Source: Bdellovibrionales bacterium
GTDB taxonomy: Bacteria; Bdellovibrionota; Bdellovibrionia; Bdellovibrionales; JAGQZY01
Direction: 5' to 3'
DNA length: 64,000 nt
Assembly: GCA_964230645.1 (NCBI GenBank)
Contig: CAXRHT010000001.1
Location: 832,001-896,000 of the forward strand
Under the pieces are notes generated by a model. The model made no database searches, had not been told where the DNA came from, and saw nothing but the letters and a program-made list of their open reading frames with translations. Shown here in pieces: positions 59,295 to 64,000 of the stretch. Position 1 is the stretch's first letter. Each line of letters begins with the position of its first letter. Made by a program: the position numbers and the translations under genes.

Positions 59295-59912
59295 ATGGGG
59301 AATCATCTCAAACTTTTTCTTATAACCTTCTTTATCTATACAACAGCGCAAGGCTCACTTGTTGAGTCCTATCTTGGCGACGATTGCAAAAATTATGGCC
59401 GCATCTACTTTTGTGGCGAAGATCAACATTTTGAAAATTTTCAAAAGTGGATGATCGAAGTTTTAGACTCGAATGTCGGTAGCCTCACCATGGAGTTGAT
59501 CGAAAAATCCCCCAATCGCCTCCTGATCCGACACTCAAGTTTTGCTGTAAGCTCAGGGGGTAAAACCCTAGCCCCACTCAGCTCAAAATTAACTAACGGT
59601 ATTGGTGATGACATAGTCATAGAAATGAACTTTGAAATGCCGGACTCGGGCTCTCACCTTGTCCCCGAGAAGGGAAGTGATGAACTTATTGCTTTCACTG
59701 CCGCTCAAAATTTAATGCACGAACTCTCTCACGCTCAACATAAAATGAATGGAACATGGGCTATGATGGATTCCGAAGGACAAGCCATCGTTGATGAAAA
59801 CCAGTTCCGAGTGGAAACCACTCCCGAAGGTGTTGAGCCTCGATTACGAAACGCCAGAGAGTACGGCGAAGGAATTCAAATTTGGCCTGAGGAAGAAAAG
59901 AAGAGCTCTTAA
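59295..59912 (+). CDS. Secreted HExxH metallopeptidase-like protein (M91-like)
   Basis: Signal peptide; LMHELSHA...E...ENQFR pattern. Confidence 0.65.
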   Translation: MGNHLKLFLITFFIYTTAQGSLVESYLGDDCKNYGRIYFCGEDQHFENFQKWMIEVLDSNVGSLTMELIEKSPNRLLIRHSSFAVSSGGKTLAPLSSKLTNGIGDDIVIEMNFEMPDSGSHLVPEKGSDELIAFTAAQNLMHELSHAQHKMNGTWAMMDSEGQAIVDENQFRVETTPEGVEPRLRNAREYGEGIQIWPEEEKKSS

Positions 59913-59915
59913 AGA

Positions 59916-60242
59916 TTACTTTTTATTTTTTTTCTTTAAATCTTCAACAACGCGGGACTGAATCCAATTGCGCGAAAGTTGCGGTTCACTGTAGGGAATC
60001 TCATCGACAACGGAGAGTTGTCCAGACCACTCATAGTTGGAATCATCACTAGAAGCCTCGTGCAGACTAGAAATAGTTCTTTGGGAAGCTTGATTAGAAA
60101 ATAAGGGCTCTTCTAACTCTTCTGTTTTTAAAAAGGACTCTTCGATCACTGTTTCATTTTCATCGATCGTAATTCCCCCATCAAGCTGAGCAAAACTGGC
60201 GTGAGAAAAAAGACCGATTAAAAGCAGTAAGAAGAATTTCAT
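59916..60242 (-). CDS. Small secreted protein
   Basis: Signal peptide ending SFA; directly downstream of the Nit gene. Confidence 0.65.
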   Translation of the reverse strand: MKFFLLLLIGLFSHASFAQLDGGITIDENETVIEESFLKTEELEEPLFSNQASQRTISSLHEASSDDSNYEWSGQLSVVDEIPYSEPQLSRNWIQSRVVEDLKKKNKK

Positions 60243-60244
60243 AT

Positions 60245-61111
60245 TTATTTAAACTCCAATTTAAAGTGGCGATGGTTTCTAACCGGAACCGACTGTCTAT
60301 AGTCTACCAGTTTTTTACGTTCCAACACCACACTCATCGGCTCATGCTCGGACAAAGTAGAGTCTAAAAAATCTCTGTAGTTACCAGATTCACTTAAGAT
60401 CCGCCCCCAAGGGCTAATGGCCAGACTTTGGCCCCAAGTCTTTCGTATTTTTTCAAGCTTTAGGTCGCGGTGAGTGCCCACTTGCGCTGGGGCTAAAACA
60501 TAGGATTGGCACTCAATGGCTCGCGCCTGCAAAAGAGGTTTCCAATGCACCTCTCCGGTTTTTGTTGTGAAAGCTGAGGGGACTAAAAACACATCCACGT
60601 CTTCTGTTTGCATATAATGCAAATAAAGCTCAGGAAATCTTAAGTCATAGCAAATTGTCGTGGCAAACTTCCATCCTTCGATTTCAAAAACAGAGGTGCG
60701 CTTTCCTTTTTTATAAGACCTTGATTCTTCAACCGCGACCCCTGGCCCCAAATTCACATCAAAAAGGTGGAGCTTTTCATAGGTCTCCTGCATTTCTCCC
60801 TTATCATTGATCAAAAGGGCTTCGTTATAGACCTCTCCATCAATGAGCCAAGGGATCCCACCAAGGTGAATCCATAATTTGTTTTCTTTTGCCAGCTGCT
60901 GGAGAGTGACAATTTCTTTGGAATCTTTTGTAAAGGCCGCTTTTTTAGGAATGGGCTCATTGCCAAGATTTAGATAAAGGCTATTTTCCGGAAGACAGAG
61001 AAGTTTTGTGTCCTTCTCCAATTTTTTAAGGGCCAATTTAATAAATTGCAGATTGGTTGTGGAGTCATCAATTGAGGTCATTGGTAGCATTGCTACTTTT
61101 AAAGAATCCAT
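60245..61111 (-). CDS. Carbon-nitrogen hydrolase (Nit1/deaminated glutathione amidase-like)
   Basis: LPEN, YEKLHLFDV and ICYDLRFPE (E-K-C triad); ARAIE. Confidence 0.9.
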   Translation of the reverse strand: MDSLKVAMLPMTSIDDSTTNLQFIKLALKKLEKDTKLLCLPENSLYLNLGNEPIPKKAAFTKDSKEIVTLQQLAKENKLWIHLGGIPWLIDGEVYNEALLINDKGEMQETYEKLHLFDVNLGPGVAVEESRSYKKGKRTSVFEIEGWKFATTICYDLRFPELYLHYMQTEDVDVFLVPSAFTTKTGEVHWKPLLQARAIECQSYVLAPAQVGTHRDLKLEKIRKTWGQSLAISPWGRILSESGNYRDFLDSTLSEHEPMSVVLERKKLVDYRQSVPVRNHRHFKLEFK

Positions 61112-61210
61112 GACGTTCCCCCTTCATGTGTATAGGTAAAAACTAGAATCCCCTAGTTCTTCAACTAAGGGACACTGTAACACATATAATTTAGAATTAA
61201 GAGCTAAGAC

Positions 61211-61504
61211 TTAAGCGCTTGCTGAGGCTTTTTTCGTCGTCTTTTTCTTGGTTTTCTTTTTGGTCGACTTTTTCTTAGTCTTTTTCTTGGGAGCGTTGGC
61301 TAGTTTGATATTGGAATAATCAAGCCATCCCTCTTCTTTGAAAAGTGTGCGCTCACGCTTATTTAATTTTGTGTTGATGCGAACACCAGAAACCTGAACT
61401 TTCATAGCTGCAGGATCGATATTTAAAACCGTACCGGTTTTTCCTTTGTCGTCCCCTGTGATCACTTCAACATTGTCACCGTTTTTGATCTTAAGCTTTT
61501 TCAT
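61211..61504 (-). CDS. rplX: 50S ribosomal protein L24 with Lys-rich tail
   Basis: KOW motif IKNGDNVEVITGDDKGKTG; EGWLDYSNI. Confidence 0.85.
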   Translation of the reverse strand: MKKLKIKNGDNVEVITGDDKGKTGTVLNIDPAAMKVQVSGVRINTKLNKRERTLFKEEGWLDYSNIKLANAPKKKTKKKSTKKKTKKKTTKKASASA

Positions 61505-61507
61505 GAC

Positions 61508-61810
61508 TTAGGCCTCTTTCTGAGTTTTGGATTTTGTAATTTTTCTGTGAATTCGGCTTCTTACAGCTCTGGCTCTTTTAGACATATTGTCAGCAGGCTG
61601 AGTAAGAATATAGCGGTCAAAACCACCAGAATGCTCCATAGACTTGATGGCTGTGGTGGCCACTTTCAAGGTCACGGATTGATCCAGAACCGAGCTATAT
61701 AGCCGTTTTTTCTGAACATTTGGCATTGCTACCGATTTTGTCTTAATGTTTGAGTGGCTCACCAAATTTTTTACTACAGGTGATTTTCCAGTTATTTCAC
61801 AACGAGCCAT
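61508..61810 (-). CDS. rpmB: 50S ribosomal protein L28
   Basis: GGAGG RBS before ATG 61810; MARCEITGK, VSHSNIKTK, PNVQ and GGFDRYI motifs. Confidence 0.93.
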   Translation of the reverse strand: MARCEITGKSPVVKNLVSHSNIKTKSVAMPNVQKKRLYSSVLDQSVTLKVATTAIKSMEHSGGFDRYILTQPADNMSKRARAVRSRIHRKITKSKTQKEA

Positions 61811-61913
61811 AAATCCTCCGTTACGCAAGAAATCCTGGTTATAGTGAAAAAGACACTTGATGGCAACCCCATTTTGCAGTAAAAAGCACCTCTTAACAAT
61901 TAAGAGGTTTGTA

Positions 61914-62195
61914 ATGGCATTATTCAAAAAAGGGCGTCGCTCTAAATATCGTCCCGAGTTCAGTGGTGATCACTTCTTCGATTATAAAGATCCTGTGACT
62001 CTTTCCCGTTTCATTTCTGAGGGTGGAAAAATCACTCCGGCTCGTATCTCTAAATTGAGCCTGAATCAGCAAAAGAAATTGGCTAAAGCCATTAAAAAGG
62101 CAAGAAATCTAAGCCTTTTACCTGTCGGGGGCGTGGCTTATGACAACCACGGACATCCTGACCTTATTTCTCCACAGCCTTTCACTGTCGACTAA
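61914..62195 (+). CDS. rpsR: 30S ribosomal protein S18 (Cys-free form)
   Basis: [16 protein letters not shown] and [12 protein letters not shown] motifs; ATG 61914. Confidence 0.93.
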   Translation: MALFKKGRRSKYRPEFSGDHFFDYKDPVTLSRFISEGGKITPARISKLSLNQQKKLAKAIKKARNLSLLPVGGVAYDNHGHPDLISPQPFTVD

Positions 62196-62226
62196 GCTAA
62201 AGTTGGCCCACTAGGCTTTTAAAAAG

Positions 62227-62264
62227 AAAAAACTCCGGACCTATTGAGGTCACGGAGTTTTTTT
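62227..62264. terminator. Bidirectional intrinsic terminator
   Basis: AAAAAACTCCGGACCT...AGGTCACGGAGTTTTTT between convergent genes. Confidence 0.8.
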
Positions 62265-62331
62265 ATGCCCAATTTCGATCTAAGAATATTTTCTCCACTC
62301 ACCCTTAGATTCTAAGCCTCCCTCAACTCTA

Positions 62332-63324
62332 CTAAAAATTATCTGGTTTACCTGGCTCCTCCGGTTCGGGTTCGGGCTCAGGTTCTTGTTCGTGATCATC
62401 TTTTGAATCACAGTCCTTTTCTGGTTCGGGTTCCGGCTCAGGCTCCGGTTGAGGCTCTGGCTCTGGTTCGGGCTCAGGACTTGGCTGACTGGGGCAATAG
62501 TTGCTCTCCCCTAACACCTGTCCTCTTCCTGAAATATGAATGGACTCTCCTCCAGCGGAAACGCCCCCTGTAATCACCGAGCGCCCTGACATATGCACGT
62601 CACCATTAAGAGTTAAAACGGAGGCAAACACTTCGCTGTTTCCAGAAAGATGAATGCGAGAGTTTTCACCACTCAAGTGAATCAAAACTTTTTTCGGATC
62701 CACACCGTCTAACAAAAGGGAACTTTTCCCAGAAAGTTTCACATCTCCCAGAACATCAATAATAAAAACATCAGACGCACTCCCTGAAAGGGTTAAAACA
62801 TCCCGCCCTGAAAGATGAACATCATCGATATGGATAACATTCACTCCCCCACTTCCAAGGATCTCAAGAGAGTCGTTCACTCTTTTAAAACTTTGAGTGG
62901 GTGTCATGGCTGAAATTTGAGCCGAAGTTTGCTCAGCACTTAAAAGCAAAGACGAGTAATCGCCCAGCACCTCTGCCCCGGCCACACCCGCCTTTCCAGA
63001 AAACTTAGTTTTTGACTCTTGGGCTCGCACAAGGTTGCCATCAATAAGAGCTCTTCCCGAAGCCTTTAAAGAGGCTTCTCCAGTAGAAAGAGTTAAACTG
63101 CCCTCAATATAAGAGTTTCCACTTAGATGAACATGAGTGCGATCAAGTGCCACCACACTGGTTGCAGAACTTGAGCACTCCCCTCCCTGTTCGCCTTCCA
63201 GACTTTGAAGGACGTTTAAAGAGGCTTGGTCAGGCCCTGGCGACGAAGCCTTCTGGGCCTGACCACAACCAATGATTAAGAAAGGAATGACAAAAGATAA
63301 GTAAGTGACTTTTAAGTTTTTCAT
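62332..63324 (-). CDS. Lipoprotein with ice-binding-like/choice-of-anchor A beta-helix and (PE)n tail
   Basis: Lipobox IIGC; LTLSGSASDVFIIDV and GVDPKKVL motifs; repeated xHLSG turns; Pro-Glu repeats. Confidence 0.65.
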   Translation of the reverse strand: MKNLKVTYLSFVIPFLIIGCGQAQKASSPGPDQASLNVLQSLEGEQGGECSSSATSVVALDRTHVHLSGNSYIEGSLTLSTGEASLKASGRALIDGNLVRAQESKTKFSGKAGVAGAEVLGDYSSLLLSAEQTSAQISAMTPTQSFKRVNDSLEILGSGGVNVIHIDDVHLSGRDVLTLSGSASDVFIIDVLGDVKLSGKSSLLLDGVDPKKVLIHLSGENSRIHLSGNSEVFASVLTLNGDVHMSGRSVITGGVSAGGESIHISGRGQVLGESNYCPSQPSPEPEPEPEPQPEPEPEPEPEKDCDSKDDHEQEPEPEPEPEEPGKPDNF

Positions 63325-63336
63325 AACCCTTAATAA

Positions 63337-63352
63337 TGCAATCTCAAGTCCA
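63337..63352 (-). promoter_or_regulatory. sigma54 promoter
   Basis: TGGACTTGAGATTGCA = GG-N10-GC. Confidence 0.65.
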
Positions 63353-63636
63353 CAGTTTTTCTGTTTTAAGACGAAACAACCCCTGCCTTTAATTTCTCAG
63401 GCAGCCAAAAAGCTCCTCAAAATTTCAACACTCTTTAACCTAAAGTTTCGACACTGCCTAAAATTTTTAGAAAAATACAAACAATACTTAAAAGCCTTTA
63501 GATAGGCTCTTTATTGCGTTCTAGTTAAAAAAAACTGACCTGGTTGCCAAAAGAACAGCCAGAAAGTTAAAAACCCATCTCATTTTGACCGCCTGTGAAT
63601 TTACAAAGCCTCAAGGCTCTGTGTACTCTTAACTCT

Positions 63637-63843
63637 ATGGAAAAACCAAACATCAATCCACGCCAAAAACCACCTAAACCTGTCGGAGACGAAGAGATCC
63701 CCGAGCAAGAGGATCCCAGCAAAGACGACATCGGTGATCCCATGCCCGGAAAAAAGATCGAAGATCCTCGCCGCGACGATGATAAAAAAATAAAATTACC
63801 CCCTGATCCCGACCAAAATCCGGAAAAACCCAACACAGATTAA
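63637..63843 (+). CDS. Small Pro/Asp/Lys-rich, probably disordered protein
   Basis: ATG 63637 lies 7 nt after a TTTACA-N18-TACTCT promoter; internal KKIEDP/KKIKLP echo. Confidence 0.55.
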   Translation: MEKPNINPRQKPPKPVGDEEIPEQEDPSKDDIGDPMPGKKIEDPRRDDDKKIKLPPDPDQNPEKPNTD

Positions 63844-63948
63844 ACTTCCTAACAAGTCATAAGATATCTACACAATATCCATAAACTAGGAAGATCTAAA
63901 AATAAGAGGCCTCTGCTAACTTTATAAGTTCTAAAGGAAGGAGGCCCT

Positions 63949-64000
63949 ATGCAACCCCAACAAATGCACCTAGAGTCAACAGAAGAAAAAATGTCTGGTT
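63949..64000 (+). CDS. Partial CDS running off the right edge
   Basis: AAGGAGG RBS followed by ATG: MQPQQMHLESTEEKMSG. Confidence 0.6.
   Translation, partial: MQPQQMHLESTEEKMSG

Noticed and set aside
61811..61927. Overlapping N-terminal extensions of L28 and S18 in the ORF track
   Set aside because: RBSs and family N-termini place the starts at 61810 and 61914.
1..64000. Prophage, integrase, transposase or defence system; the many short antisense/alternate-frame ORFs
   Set aside because: No recognisable motifs; the short ORFs shadow well-supported genes.

Overview
This is a ~41% GC chromosomal window that looks like a Bdellovibrionota-type predatory bacterium. That assignment is an inference from the type IV pilin, an AgmX/PglI-like C-terminal protein, a GldAFG-like ABC module, a YQNC-type lipoprotein and many orphan secreted proteins. 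The left end is housekeeping: nhaC-like, tpiA-pgk-gap, tatD-holB-tmk, a REC-GAF regulator, secG and a pilin. From 10.2 to 35.5 kb lies a ~25 kb aryl-polyene/flexirubin-like type II PKS cluster. It has 3 ketosynthases, 2 chain-length-factor-like partners, 2 ACPs, FabG, 2 hotdog dehydratases, an aromatic ammonia-lyase, a halogenase-family flavoprotein, a CoA ligase, LolA, MMPL, a C45 acyltransferase and a GT2. It has no DarA/DarB in the window, many strand switches, a degenerate GT2-DUF2062-LpxL triple fusion and an unrelated 3-gene insert. The right half holds guaD, an SplB-like radical SAM pair, an NFACT-Gld ABC-GHMP kinase-DUF429 operon, a degenerate subtilase, RlmL-like methyltransferase, ETF-QO, Nit, an unusual rpsR/rpmB-rplX locus and an ice-binding-like lipoprotein. 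Non-coding highlights are: two related long hairpins, each flanked on one side by a strong G/T codon bias; two REP-like clusters with tandemly amplified ends; four sigma54 promoters in front of orphan secreted proteins, with a candidate enhancer palindrome; two sigma28 promoters; and a 16-bp inverted repeat joining two divergent HExxH genes. No rRNA, tRNA, CRISPR, integrase or transposase was recognised. All calls are by eye, without database searches.
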